Part shown: piece by piece, positions 1-12,441 of the stretch
How the letters are laid out: each line of letters opens with the position of its first letter
Numbering within the stretch: position 1 is the stretch's first letter
Assembly (NCBI RefSeq): GCF_006345805.1
Contig: NC_043000.1
Location: 131,750,001 to 131,814,000 of the forward strand
DNA from: Octopus sinensis
Lineage: Eukaryota
DNA length: 64,000 nucleotides
Direction: 5' to 3'
Program-made: the position numbers and the translations under genes
Notes under the pieces: generated by a model
Told to the model about the DNA's origin: nothing
Database searches by the model: none
Seen by the model: the letters and a program-made list of their open reading frames with translations, nothing else

Positions 1-32
1 ACATTTGGCAGAGTAATTTGAATGCTAAAGGG
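1..32. mobile_element. Right end of a piggyBac-like MITE
   Basis: Ends ...AAAGGG followed by TTAA, the same terminus style as the MITEs at 23 kb. Confidence 0.45.
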
Positions 33-215
33 TTAAGTAAAATTCTAACACAGTTTTTTGCATAATTCTGGCTCATTTTTATAAATAGTGTCTTGAATCA
101 CGTAATGAACACTTTATTACACTTCACAAAATGAAATTGAGAAAGAATTTTAGATAAATGACTGAAAGAATCTAGTAACAAAATTGCTTTGAAGATAAAA
201 TATTATCATACTGAC

Positions 216-266
216 CTGAATAGAGAAGGGTTCTAAGTTCAATTCTTTCTTTTTCTAACTGATCTT
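216..266 (-). CDS. SLC49A4: SLC49A4-like coding exon 6 (gene continues beyond window start)
   Basis: Acceptor tttactttacag and donor GTCAGT; 51 nt; (E)DQLEKERIELRTLLYS resembles the DIRC2 segment before the LYxE TM start. Confidence 0.8.
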
Positions 267-597
267 CTGTAAAGTAAATACTCAAATTTAATAATATATC
301 TTTATGTTTACTTTTTACATATATGTGTAAGTGAATGTTTAGCCCTTGGTCAGCCCTGATTGAGAAGATTTATGATCAAAGACATTTCGGCCACGATATT
401 CCCTCGTTTTAAGAGTATCTAGGACTACATTAGAAACTATTTTCTTCCCTTTTTTTTTTTAAGGCATTGAAAGATGGCTTAAAGGATATCTGATTGCTAT
501 TTCTAACAGGTTGAGCAACTACTTTAATGCTCTTTCATTGGCCCATGATGAGTAAATGATGTATATCCAGAATGTGCTATTAAAATATTTCTACACT

Positions 598-870
598 ATC
601 ATCATCATCATTTAACGCCCGATTTCCATTCTGGCATGGGTTGGATGGTTTGACTGAGGACTGGCAAACCAAGAGGTTGCACCAGGCTCCAATCTGATTC
701 GGCAGATCTGGATGCCCTTCCTAACACCAACCACTCTGAGAGTGTTGTGGGTGCATTTTACGTGTCACTGGCACGGGGACCAGTCAGGTGGTACAGGCAT
801 TGACTACCCTCAAATGGTGCTTTTTACGTGCCACCGGCACAGGAGCCAGTCAGGTAGCACTGGCATTGAT
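598..870 (-). mobile_element. Abundant (GAT)n-tailed SINE/RTE-3'-end repeat
   Basis: Shares the core ttaggaagggcatccagctgtagaaac...ggacgttaaacgatgatg with about 9 other copies in the window. Confidence 0.8.
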
Positions 871-1085
871 ACATACATCAGTGTATGTATTGATAAATAC
901 ATCAGTGTATGTGTGTGTGCATGTGTGGGGATAGGATGGGGGTACATGTGTGTATGGGTAGTTAGGGTGTGTGTGTATGTGCATGAATGCATGCATGATG
1001 TATTGCTAGTCATATAATTTATTGTTTCCTTGTTTCAAATTTGACAGAATTTTTTAATAATTAATGTCAATATAGAGTTACTCAC

Positions 1086-1114
1086 CATAAACTGAAGAAT
1101 TTATCGCAGGGGAA
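1086..1114 (-). CDS. SLC49A4: SLC49A4-like coding micro-exon 5 (29 nt)
   Basis: Acceptor cttcttttatag and donor GTGAGT; phase 2 to 1 bridges exons 4 and 6 without stops: (S)SPAINSSVY. Confidence 0.7.
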
Positions 1115-1393
1115 CTATAAAAGAAGTGCAATAAAATTGTTTGAAATTTCAAAAAGTGAACTCATTAATATTATACAGAAAAACAACACTGTCACAAAAA
1201 GACCCTAACACATAGATAAACAATCTCATACACATATACAGTCAAATACAGTAATACCTCACTTCACAAGGACCTGCTTTACAAGACTCTGGGTTTACGA
1301 TTGTTATCTTTCAAGCACAAGATTCAAATTTTGAATGAAGCGCAAAAGTTTCTCTTATCATAACAAATGCTTCTGCACATTACCAAGAAATTT

Positions 1394-1659
1394 ATCACTG
1401 GTCATTTAGGACATTGTGCACTCAGACAATACTTTACACTTTTGGCCCCACTAGTGACTACTGAGCAGATATTGCAGCCCAAGCTTCTCCAGTTCACTAC
1501 ATTAAGTTTAATTCCAAAATAAGGTTATATATGTCTTAATCATTTTAAATTCCTATTCCTTTCGTGTTAGGGTGGCTGATTCTACCATACACTATATATC
1601 AAACCCTCTTAATTTTTAGTCTCTTTTCCGAGAGACATGATGCCCAAATCTTACCTCAC
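1394..1659 (+). repeat. Local direct duplication, copy 1 (copy 2 at 3473-3700)
   Basis: Near-identical atcactggtcatttaggac...cccaaatct.acctcac; this copy has ~38 extra bp. Confidence 0.9.
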
Positions 1660-2710
1660 CATGTATTGTCTGCTAATGTGAATTCAATAGCTATTAAATT
1701 TTCACTTGAACTCAATCAAATATGGAAGAATTGATACTAAAAGAGTGTTATTGATAAACAGGAAATACAATTTAATATATCTGTGTGATTAAGAAGCTTG
1801 CTTTGGGACCATGTAGTTTTGGGTTCAGTCCCACTGCATGGCATGGGACTGCTAGTAATGGGGGGAGGGGGCACTGGTTGGCTCTACACATGATGATGTC
1901 TCTGGGACCACTAACTTGGGATAACCTCAAACCCATCGAGCATGAGCAGAGAGAGAGAGAGAGAGATTTTTGAAACCTGAATTTTATATTCCGTGAAACA
2001 TATTTACTTTAAAATGACCGAGTAGAAAATTGTACAGCATATAGTAGGACTGTACTTCCTCAAATTTAGGTGCACCAACATCAGGCAACACATGAAACAG
2101 TCAAAGTAACCCAGCTGGAGAAGTCTGCACCCACTTTCAATTCAACATACTGTCCCCCTGCAGGAAATGACCATTGCCTTGACTGCTATGTTTTTGCTCT
2201 TTGAACTGTTTCCGTAGCTTGAAGTTCTTCCATGGACAGGGTGCAAGCCAAAAGCCCAATCACTTGTGTTTGGGAAAGAGACTGTAAGTGAAGTTGTCTC
2301 TATTGGACTGTTAGCCAAGGTCAACGAAGTATAGTGTGGGTTGCCTTCAAATACAGACAGTCTTCTTGAGATTCCTCCACTCTGGCTTTAGGGGCACCTC
2401 CTCAATCCACTTAGTGGTGCTGTGTCAATACCAGCCCATAATGTCCTTTAGCTCATCAGCTAAGATAGTGTACTAGGGTGTGGCACTGGGAACCAGCACA
2501 TGTGAGATTTAGTGTGTGAGTGAGAACCAGAGAGAATCAACCAGAGAGAGATGTGGCATACAATGAATTTAAATTTATTTTCTCCCTCACCAATTACAAA
2601 ACAAAACCACAAATGAATATACTAGGGTTGATTCAACTAATTCTGTTGCTGCATACCTTACTTTTTTAGTAGACTTTTGACACCTGAGTGAAAAAAAAAA
2701 CAATATTCAC

Positions 2711-2765
2711 CTGCTGTTAGAAGTACTGTTGCTAAGGGAGGCATTTGTAGACACAATCAATGGAC
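2711..2765 (-). CDS. SLC49A4: SLC49A4-like coding exon 4
   Basis: Acceptor ttttcttttatttgtcaag and donor GTGAAT; 55 nt; (G)PLIVSTNASLSNSTSNS continues the conserved GPLxV in frame. Confidence 0.85.
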
Positions 2766-2859
2766 CTTGACAAATAAAAGAAAACAGCATTAAAATGAAC
2801 AAACAAACAATAAGTAAGCTTTGAAAGCAAGAGAGATTAAAGATAAGAGACTAACTTAC

Positions 2860-3023
2860 CAACAAACAAACTTCCTGAAGCACCTAGAGTAAGAAACACA
2901 TTAGCAATGGCAGTTGCTGTGAAGCGTTGATGCATTGGAAACCAAGCTGAGGACAAAGCTGTGGAGGCTGAGATTGTAAATGGAGCTGAAAAGCCAATTA
3001 TGATTTGACCCACATTACTGAGC
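2860..3023 (-). CDS. SLC49A4: SLC49A4-like coding exon 3
   Basis: TTTAG acceptor and GTAAG donor; 164 nt; LSNVGQIIIG...SSAWFPMHQRFTATAIA matches the SLC49 WFxxxxRxTATAI motif. Confidence 0.92.
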
Positions 3024-3472
3024 CTAAATAAAAATAAAATTAAGATCACTTTGGATATTATTTAAGTTTATTATATTAAAAACTCATCTAAGAACTGACA
3101 ATACCAACACAACACATTTTAAACACAGTCACAAAGAAAATACTATATTCTACTCAAAGATCAGGTAAAAAGAAATAAAATATGGGTTAATCTACCAACA
3201 TTTCATGGTCTAGGTTGAACAGACCTACTCCATTCAGCAACAGTTCAGAATAGTGTAAACTATGTTTAACTGCAAAACATTATATCATGGACCATTTCAC
3301 ACCGACAATGAACAGAAAAAATAAAACTAATGTCAACACTACAAGGAAAGTATGCTGAAGATCACTATGTCTAAATTTTAATACACTACAGTAAAACTGT
3401 GGTATGGAAGCAGCTAGAGGTATTCATATATACATGATGATGATGGCTGTTCATTTGTGACCAAGCAAGACC

Positions 3473-3700
3473 ATCACTGGTCATTTAGGACATCGTGCAC
3501 TCGGACAATACTTTACACTTTTGGCCCCACTAGTGACTAATGTTAAGTTTAATTCCAAAATAAGGTTATATATGTCTTAATCATTTTAAATTCCTATTCC
3601 TTTCGTGCTAGGGTGGCTGATTCTACCATACACTATATATCAAACCCTCTCAATTTTTAGTCTCTTTTCCGAGAGACATGACACCCAAATCTGACCTCAC
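3473..3700 (+). repeat. Local direct duplication, copy 2
   Basis: Matches 1394-1659. Confidence 0.9.
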
Positions 3701-4283
3701 TTCTTCCCATGCATTGTCTGCTCTTCCTATACTACAACTCCCTTCCATTGACAGCATATGGTACATCAAGCATTTTAATATTCACTTTTCTATGCTTGCA
3801 AAGATCAGACAAAGTTTACTGAGGCAAATTTCTATGGTCAGATGCCCTTTTTGTCATCAACCATCACTTGTTTCCAAGCAAGGTAATATTTGTCCATGGC
3901 CAGACATGTTTACACAGAATATTGGAAATACACTGTGTGTATGATTCATTTATAACAACCACATGTTGTCAAGACAACGAGATACAATCACACACACACA
4001 CACACACACAGATACACATTCACAATAGGTATCTTTCGGTTTCTGTCTATCAAATCCATTCACAAGGCTTTTATCAGATTGCAGCTATAGTAGAAGACAG
4101 GTACCCAAGGTGATACGCACTGGGAGTGAACCCAAAATTGTGTGGCTGAGAAGCAAACTTCATAAAAATGAACGAAACATGTGTATATACACACACAATA
4201 TTTAAGAACAAAAGGAATATACACAAAAAAAGAACAAATCAAAAACAAATATTTTACTTTTATCATATTGTTGTTTACATTTT

Positions 4284-4701
4284 ATGTCTCTACGGATGAG
4301 CAGAAGCAACAAAATCGCCATGGTGGAATCCATAGTGGAGTGCGATAAGACTGGTCGCTGCTCCAAAATAGAACACTGCCCAGAAAATCACACTTGCCAC
4401 ATCTGTACGGAACCCGAAAATACGTTCCGTAATCGCTGGGTTGAATGTGGGACATGTCTCATCTCTGTCTGCCTCCAATGTGCCACGGACTTTCATAAGA
4501 TCCCAGGCCAAAAAAAGAGCCATCAAAATGCTATGATGGATGGACTCTGGAAGATGGTTCAGCTTAAATCTTGGACTTTTCAGTGTCAGGCCTGCGTGCC
4601 TCCACTACCGACGATTGTGTCTCCCCCTGCAACTCCCGTGGAGGAGGCGGAACAGCAACAGCAGCAACAACAAAATCAACCACAACTAGCAGCAGCAGCA
4701 A

Positions 4702-4745
<44 letters not shown>

Positions 4746-5450
4746 ACAACAACAACAGCAGCAACAAAAAAATCAACCACAACTAGAGCAGCAGCAGCAA
4801 CAACAACAACAACAACACCAATTGACCAGTGCAGTTCTTGCAGAACTGCAACAATCGATTTGTGCTTTAAGAGGGGAAGTAGCAGGAATAAAAGCAAGCA
4901 TTCAGGTAGGACCCCACAATGAGGGGTCTTATCGGAATGCTCTGTTAAAGAACCTCCCTGTACTCTTGCCGCATCTAAGACCGCGGATTCTGCTACCCAC
5001 GAAGTTATTGCCATTGGGGTGCCAGAAGACATGGCTGATCTTCAGCCATTTGCTGCCAACTCAGCCAAAGACCTAGGCTGCGTTCCCCCAATGGGTGCTC
5101 TCCGCCTTGGACAACCTGGCCCAAAACCCAGGCTCATCAAGCTGTCTTTTTCAGACCACGCTGAGGCAACCTCATACCATCTGGCCTCAGTTAAAGCTGG
5201 GCGTGAAAATCGGACTACCTTCCAAACACGCCCAGGCTTACCACCCGATGTACGTCCGAAGCTACGTGTAGCGGCTTCCCTGAACCGGAACTCAGCTCTA
5301 CAAGAAAGTTTCAGTCTTCGTGAAGATGGACAAATCTGGAGATTTATTAAGACTGGTGAAACGTGGAAGAGAGATACCAGCTGGTCTGAGTGCTCTCTAC
5401 CCACAATAACTGAAAATGGAAAAAAAACTACAGCAACTCTGGGAAACTAA
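4284..5450 (+). pseudogene. LINE ORF1 (PHD-like Cys/His finger, coiled coil, RLG..PRLIK motif), frameshifted
   Basis: CHIC..WVECGTCLISVCLQC in 4284-4922; coiled-coil segment in the +1 frame (4822-5076); C-terminal part in 5019-5450. Confidence 0.7.
4653..4820 (+). repeat. (GCA/ACA)n trinucleotide tract inside LINE ORF1
   Basis: Direct inspection; translates as poly-Q, -A and -T. Confidence 0.95.
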
Positions 5451-5506
5451 ACTAGAACAACCTACCATCCTCTACACACCATCATAAACTGCAAGCAGGG
5501 TACAAA

Positions 5507-8212
5507 TTGTCCTTAAATGCTCGCAGTTTATGCAACAAAATACATCTGTTCAACTCCTACGTCAGAAGTATTGACCCTGACTTCATCACAGTCACGGAAA
5601 CATGGGCACATTCCTTACTCTGTGATGGGGTTTTCAACATTACTGGGTACAACCTTTTCCGCAAGGAAAGCATTAACCGCTGTGGTGGTGGTGTGATGGT
5701 CTACGTTCGTTCAAATTTTTCGGTAATTCCTTGTGCTGATTTGAACGAATCACAAGAAGAAGTTTTTTTCTCTGACATACGTATGACTGTGTCAACACTC
5801 CTGCTTGGCGTTGTTTATTGTCCCCCAAATTACCATCAAGACACTCAGCTTTGCGATATCCTCCGAGCTGCTGCCAGGAAAACAGCCACTTATGTTTTTA
5901 TTGTAGGCGATTTCAATCATCCTGAGATCAACTGGGAAACCTTCCATTGGCCACAGAGTGCAAACGATTTCATTGAGCTTGTACTGGACTCAAACTGGTC
6001 ACAAGTAGTCACCTCTCCAACAAGAGGCGACAACACCTTGGACCTGCTCTTCACCACAACTCCTGAAGCGGTTATCAATTGTACTACGGAGGAACCTCTA
6101 GGCGACTCTGATCATGCTATGATCATCGCCAATCTGGCTCTTGCGGGCAACAACAAAAATCTGAACCATCTCCAATCTGCTTCCTTCGATTAGAAGAGAG
6201 CAGATTGGAACCTGTACCACACTGAATTACAGCACCCAAACTGGCGTGAATTCTACAACTCTGGAGATGTGAATACTATACTCCAGAGTATCCTGGACTC
6301 AATATGGGCAGCATGTGCAGCATCAGTGCAACGTTAACAGAAAAAGAAGAACTGCCCCAAAAGTGCAATTTGGGAAACTTCAGCGGTCTGACTTGCCAGG
6401 AAGGAACGTCGGACTGCTGAACGGGAATACAAGTTGCATAAATCAGACACCAACAGGAAGAAGCGGAATAAATCTTCAAACCATCTCAAGCAAGTGACAA
6501 AAAAAGCAGTGCTTGAATTTGAAGTGCATAGCAGCCAATCCTGACAGCAAGGTTTTCTGCAGATATGTGCATTCTTCGCAACCCTCACACAAACCAGATC
6601 ACTGACGATCCCAAGGAATGCGCAGAACTCATTGCCGAGTGCTATGCAAACATATTCACTGTTGAAAATTAAAATGTACCATCTTCACCATCTCTAACAG
6701 CAAATTCCATAACAACTATGGAATTTACACCTGCAATGCTGCGACGTCACCTTCAAAATAAGCGCAACTATGCCTCCCCTGGTCTTCATGGAGTTACATA
6801 CCTGCTTCTCAAATGTGGCAGGTACTTCCTTTTACACCAGCTTTCTATTTTTTTCCAGTACTGTCTCAACAATGGTGCTACTCCGGAGCAGTGGAAAACT
6901 GCCAGTGTCATTCCTCTGTTCAAAAAGGGCGACCGCACATCACCTGTCAACTATTGCCCAGTCAGTCTCACTAGCTGTATTGCAAAACTGATGGAATCGT
7001 GTGTCAGAGAAACACTTTGGAACTTTTGGAGCTCTCACAGTCTCATCCGACCCTCACAATATGGATTTGTCCCTAACTCCAGCTGCAGTGATCAGCTTGT
7101 CGAGTTCCTTGAGGACATTACTCAGATCACTGACAGTGGCTCATGGGTGGATGTTGTCTACCTTGACTTTGCTAAGGCTTTCAACTCTGTGCCACACAAA
7201 AGGCTTATGGTGAAATTCTCTGCAATGGGTGTGAGGGATGATCTTTTTAACTGGTTGAAATCCTTCATTCTCAACCGAAAGGAGGTAGTCACAGTTCTAG
7301 GACAGCATTCTACACCATATGAGATGTCATCGGGTGTACCACAGGGATCTGTTCTTGGTCGCCTCTTGTTTGTGGCATACATTAATGACATAGATGCCAA
7401 TTTAAAGAATGCCACAGTATTGAAATATGCAGACGACATCAAGCTGTACCTTGAAATCAAGAGGACAGATCCTGTTGTCTACAGCTCTTTCCTGCAATCA
7501 GACCTGGACACAATGAATCACAGACTGGCAACTGAAACTGGCTGTGGACAAGTGTACCACCATGCATTTTGGGAGAAAAAACCCTGCGTCCACATACTCC
7601 CTCCACAACACTGATATCAAGAAATCCTCTTGCGAGCGTGACCTAGGCATCACTGTCAGCAGTGATTTGCGTTGGACAAAGCATATCTCTAAAATTGTCT
7701 AGAAGGCCGAGGGTGTCATGGCATCACTCAGCAAGACTTTTGTTAGCCGCTCTCCAGCCATCTATTTAAAGCTGTATACAGCTATGGTACGACCACACTT
7801 GGAATTCGCATCATCAGTTTGGAACATTGATCTCCTGGAATCTGTTCAGAGACGTGCAACCAAACGCATACCCTCCATCAGACACCTACCATACTCTGAG
7901 CACCTTGTTTCCCTGGGCATGGATTCACTGAAGCTCCGGTGTCTGGCGATGGACTTGGTAAACACCCACAAAGTTATCAACCACCTCACCAACAACAACA
8001 CTGAACACCTTTTTGATCTCCCTGTGTCCAACACACGTGGACATGCCTACAAAGTCAGAAAACAACACAGCTCCCATGACTTTCGGAAACATTTTTTCAC
8101 GCTCAGAGTTGCTGAAGCATGGAATAAACTGCCTGCGTCGGTTGTTGACTGCCATGACACTGCATCCTTTAGGGCCCTCGTGCTTTCCGAAATCCGCCGA
8201 AATTACACCTGA
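5507..8212 (+). pseudogene. LINE ORF2 (APE endonuclease + reverse transcriptase), disrupted
   Basis: LNARS, VTETW, GDFN, LDL and SDH (APE); SGVPQGSVLG and YADD (RT); CR1-type C-terminus LESVQRRATK...TRGH..WNKLP. Stop at 6191-6193 plus frameshifts. Confidence 0.92.
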
Positions 8213-8268
8213 TTATACATACACTTTAGATGAGTTGTAGTGCACCTGAGTACTGTACACAATGTTTT

Positions 8269-8299
<31 letters not shown>

Positions 8300-8401
8300 T
8301 TATTATTATTATTATTTATAACCACACCCCCCCACACACACACACATGCATGCATGCATGTTTGTATGTATGTATGTATGTATGTATGTATGTATGTATG
8401 T

Positions 8402-8590
8402 ATGTCTGGAACTAATTAATCATAAGTAGGTGAACTGAAGTATATAGACTGGCACTCCATTGGTTATGATGATGAGGGTTCCAGTTGATCCGATCAACAA
8501 ATCAGCCTGCTTGTGAAATTAATGTGCAAGTGGCTGAGCACTCTACAGACACGCATACTGTTGTCAGGGAGATTCAGTGTGACACATAAT
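8402..8590 (-). repeat. Inverted duplication, left arm (SINE 3' part plus flank)
   Basis: 189 bp reverse complement of 11805-11993, with about 8 mismatches by eye. Confidence 0.9.
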
Positions 8591-9117
8591 TGTCTTGACA
8601 TTGTGCCATAGTTGTAAATGAACAGGGTTATTATAAAGCAGTGTTGTTCAGTTCCAATATTGTGTGAAACAAGTCTGGTCACAAGAAAATATTACCCTAC
8701 TTAGAAACAGGTGAGGGGTACTGACAGGAAGAGCATCCAGTCATAGAAAACCTGTCTCAACAAATTTCATCTGATCCATTCAAATATGGGAAAGCGGATG
8801 TTAAAATGATGATAATGAATGAATCTCCCATACTTTATGCTCATGTCACACTACCATGCACCATATTTATATTCATACTTCCTACAGAATACTTCTTGCC
8901 ACAGATAGAAATCCTTTGTTGTCAACAGAAGCAATAGTTTCTATAACTGTTCTACCCTTTGCTTACCCTAGTTACTAAGCTTTCCCTACAACAACCTCCA
9001 TTTTATGGACACTCCCACTGTTAATTACTTCTAGAGTGTTGGTTCTCTGTCAGCCTGCCGAAGGATCCCACTCTACCTTTTGTGAACCCATTATAAACAT
9101 TCGAGCGAGGTCATTGC

Positions 9118-9397
9118 CAGTGCCGCTGGACTGGCTCCTGTGCAGGTGGCACGTAAAAAACACCACTTGAGCGTGGCCATTGCCAGTACCGCCTGACTGG
9201 CCCTCATGCTGGTGGCATGTAAAAGAAGCCACTACACTCTCGGAGTGGTTGGCATTAGGAAGGGCATCCAGCTGTAGAAACTCTGCCAGATCAGATTGGA
9301 GCCTGGTGCAGCCATCTGGTTCGCCAGTCCTCAGTCAAATCGTCCAACCCATGCTAGCATGGATAGCAGATGTTAAACGATGATGATGATGATGATT
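9118..9397 (+). mobile_element. (GAT)n-tailed SINE/RTE-3'-end repeat
   Basis: Same family as 598-870. Confidence 0.85.
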
Positions 9398-9519
9398 ATA
9401 TGCATTGAATATCCAAAAGCTACTTATGAGATGAGATTTTTTCCTATTGATTAGAACTTTGTTCTTTACTATGAGAACCTTCAGTGTTTTGGATTGTAGT
9501 CTGTGCTTCAGGATTATAG

Positions 9520-9800
9520 GATTTTGCTACAACTCTTTTGCTATGCAAACTAGATTATCAGCATTCTCATGCCACCCCACCTCCCCACAAACATACACAC
9601 AAAAAATAATCAATCCAAAAATCTTTCTGTAGTCATAAAAATTATAATAAATAACAGGTGGTACCTGAAGACAGAACCCTTGTGAAACATCAACCTGTAC
9701 ACTAAATTCCTCACTAAATTCACTACAATTTGTAACCTTCCTAGCAGAATTCTCGTTTATGGCTTGCACAACCTGCACAACTTTTGGAGTAAGTACTGGA
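9520..9800 (-). mobile_element. RTE-clade LINE RT fragment
   Basis: VQAINENSARKVTNCSEFSEEFSVQVDVSQG...ENADNLVCIA is a degenerate VHQGSVLSP...YADDL region. Confidence 0.65.
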
Positions 9801-9826
9801 CAGACAATCGAAAGAAAATGATTTAC

Positions 9827-9917
9827 CAATAAACGTATGGGGTCTTTAATGTGATGCTTCTGATACCAGATCCAAGGAAAAGACATAAAGAAGTGATGAG
9901 GCATGTTGTCCGGAGTC
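9827..9917 (-). CDS. SLC49A4: SLC49A4-like coding exon 2
   Basis: T-tract AAG acceptor and GTAAAT donor; 91 nt, phase 1 to 2; encodes (G)LRTTCLITSLCLFLGSGIRSITLKTPYVY(W), which completes the MFS GLR motif in frame. Confidence 0.9.
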
Positions 9918-11654
9918 CTTAAAAAAAAATACAAGGAGACATTTTAAAATATTAACTAAAATGTTAGAAATATTTTAAGTGGAGATTAGATAATTCATGT
10001 AACATTAATCAGCAAGAAGATAGATCATATGGTATGACTTGAGTAGAAATTCAAATAAATTGGGAAAAATACTTTTCTGAGAAACAGTCCAAATGAAAGC
10101 ATACAGAGACAGTGTAAACCAGTAGTCAGCAAAGTAATTATTATTGACCCTTGGATGTGGGGGGTCTATGTGGATTGATACTACAATTATATCAAGGGGT
10201 TGATACTCCAACCATATCAATATATTACAACTCTATTTTTATTGTTTTGACTGATTTCATCAAGTATTTTTATTAAATTTCTTTAAATATTTCTTATTAA
10301 AAAGTAGCAATGACACAAAAGAACAAAAGAATTATTGAGTATAAATAAAAAAATTTCTTATTCTTTTAATTTTAATTTAGAAATTTACATGATTGGAGTC
10401 AATAAGTTATGAAGAAATTTGCCAGCCTCTGGTGTAAACAATAAACTGGAAACAAGGATATTTTCAGACACAACAAACCTTCATTAAAAATCAACAAACT
10501 TTCAGAAGACTGGCTTGATAGTTTTTATTGAAGGCCTCTTCTAGAAATTTTTATTTCATTTCATTTTATTGCTAAATCAAGAGAAAGAGCAATGCTCATA
10601 ATTCTTTACAGGGCCTCTAAGACTGGTGGGAGGAAGCAAGGGATCCTCAAATTAGAGACCTGACCTGAATCCTTGCAATAGACTGGACTCTGCTAAAGGT
10701 ACTTAAGGACCAGGTGACAGAGTTACAGGTGACAAGTTAAGTCTAACCACACAGGTAAGTCCATCAAAATGCAAAAAAACATAGAATAACTACTGCAAGA
10801 TATCCTATTTATATTCTATCAATTCAGTGAGTCCACCACCCAGGACTAGTACTCATTTTATCAAGCTTCAGAAGGATGCAGAGCAAAGTTAACCACATAA
10901 CTTTCTATTGAGTGAAGAGAAGAAAGTGGAATGAAGATATGCAACCCTCTATCACTCTGTCTGCCTATCTTACTCTCTAACTCTATTTCTCTTTTCTCTC
11001 CTTTCTCTTCCAGCTGGGGTAGCCAAGTATCTCCTTTATAGCAAGACACCTTTTACTACTCCTCTATTATACTTTAACCTCTCAACTGGCACAAAGCCAC
11101 TTCCCTCAAAAACTACTTCCACCCCCAGTCAAGGGTCTTTGCCTTGCAAGTTACTTGGTAACTCCACCAATGTTGGTGCCACATTAAAAAAACCCAGTAC
11201 ACTCTGTAAAGTGATAGACATTAGGAAGGGCATCCAGCTGTAGAAGCCATGCCAAAGCAGACAATGGAGTCTGGTATAGCTCTCTGACTCACCAGCTCCA
11301 GTCAAATTATCTGACCCAAACCAGATTATGGATGTTAAATGATGATGAGATGCAATGACAGTGAAGTGGCTGAGTAGACAAAGTATATTTGATTGACCAA
11401 ATAATGTGATGAGAGATCAGGTCTGCCGCAGGCATTACTTTAAGTCCCTGAATAACACACTTAATAAAGTAAAAGCTGAAGTGCTGAAGTCAGTCAGATC
11501 AATTATACCCACTCCTTCAGAATTTGTGAACTTGATGCATTTCTTAGCAATCATTACTATCAGCTGTATTATTAGGGTATTGCATGGAAGAATAAGTGGA
11601 GCATCAAACGAAATGTTTGTGGTATTTATTTTTGTTTTTATATGCTTCAAGTAA

Positions 11655-11947
11655 AGGCACGTGGGTTAGTGGTTTTGGTATTTGGATCACTATTGTAAGG
11701 TCATGAGTTCAAAAACCAGCAGTGCACTTTATTTCACATTACTCTAGTTCACTCAACTGGCAAAGATGAGTAGTACCTGTATCTCAAAGGGCCAGCTTTA
11801 TCCTATTATGTGTCACACTGAATCTCCCTGACAACAGTATGCGTGTCTGTGGAGTGCTCAGCCACTTGCACATTAATTTCACAAGCAGGCTAATTTGTTG
11901 ATCGGATCAACTGGAACCCTCGTCGTCATAACCGATGGAGTGCCAAT
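11655..11947 (+). mobile_element. tRNA-derived SINE
   Basis: A/B-box-like head (gtgggttagtgg...gagttcaa) and a body ending in ggagtgcca. Confidence 0.6.
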
Positions 11948-11993
11948 CTATATACTTCAGTTCACCTACATGTGATTAATTAGTTCCAGACAT
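11805..11993 (+). repeat. Inverted duplication, right arm
   Basis: Reverse complement of 8402-8590. Confidence 0.9.
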
Positions 11994-12116
11994 TTTGATA
12001 ATGTTACCTGTAATAAACAAGCATTGGGATTTATGCACCGTTTTTATGATCCTCTGTGGCCTATCAAACCATTATAAAACAAAATTGAAAATATAATTAC
12101 AAAAGTAATATCTTAC

Positions 12117-12441
12117 CTTTAGTTTCTATCACCCAAGATATAGGTAAAGCACAAACAGTATATGTGATTGGTCCCCAGTTAGTGAGTAAAGCAACATTGC
12201 TAATTGTCCAACCAAACAATTCATTAGTTGTTTGAGCAATAGGAGGCCAAGTATTCCAGTGGAGAGACTGGGTAAATGCAAAAAATGCAAACAGGGATAG
12301 AATGTACCACCGTCTCTTATAGACTTTGAAGCTTTGTTGATTTTCATCAATGGAAGATGTCTGTGAAGTATCAGCAAGGTTGCTTTCATAATTACATACA
12401 GAATTTTCCTCTTGCACAAGACTCCGACTTTCTTTATCCAT
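12117..12441 (-). CDS. SLC49A4: SLC49A4/DIRC2-like MFS transporter, coding exon 1
   Basis: MDKESRSLV...VYKRRWYILSLFAFFAFTQSLHWNTWPPI...WGPI...ETK matches the SLC49 TM1-TM2 motifs (YxRRW, WNTWxPI). Donor G|GTAAG at 12116. A polypyrimidine TTTAG acceptor at 12461-12462 implies a further upstream non-coding exon. Confidence 0.9.

Larger units (their letters stand above)
4262..8318 (+). mobile_element. Near full-length decayed CR1/L2-group LINE, antisense in an SLC49A4-like intron
   Basis: ORF1 remnants followed by APE endonuclease and RT, ending in an (ATT)n tail at ~8268-8318. The 5' boundary is approximate. Confidence 0.9.

Noticed and set aside
712-1017. Many 60-140 aa ORFs over (CA)n, (TA)n, (ATT)n, (CAT)n tracts and SINEs across the window
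   Set aside because: These are low-complexity translations of microsatellites and repeats.
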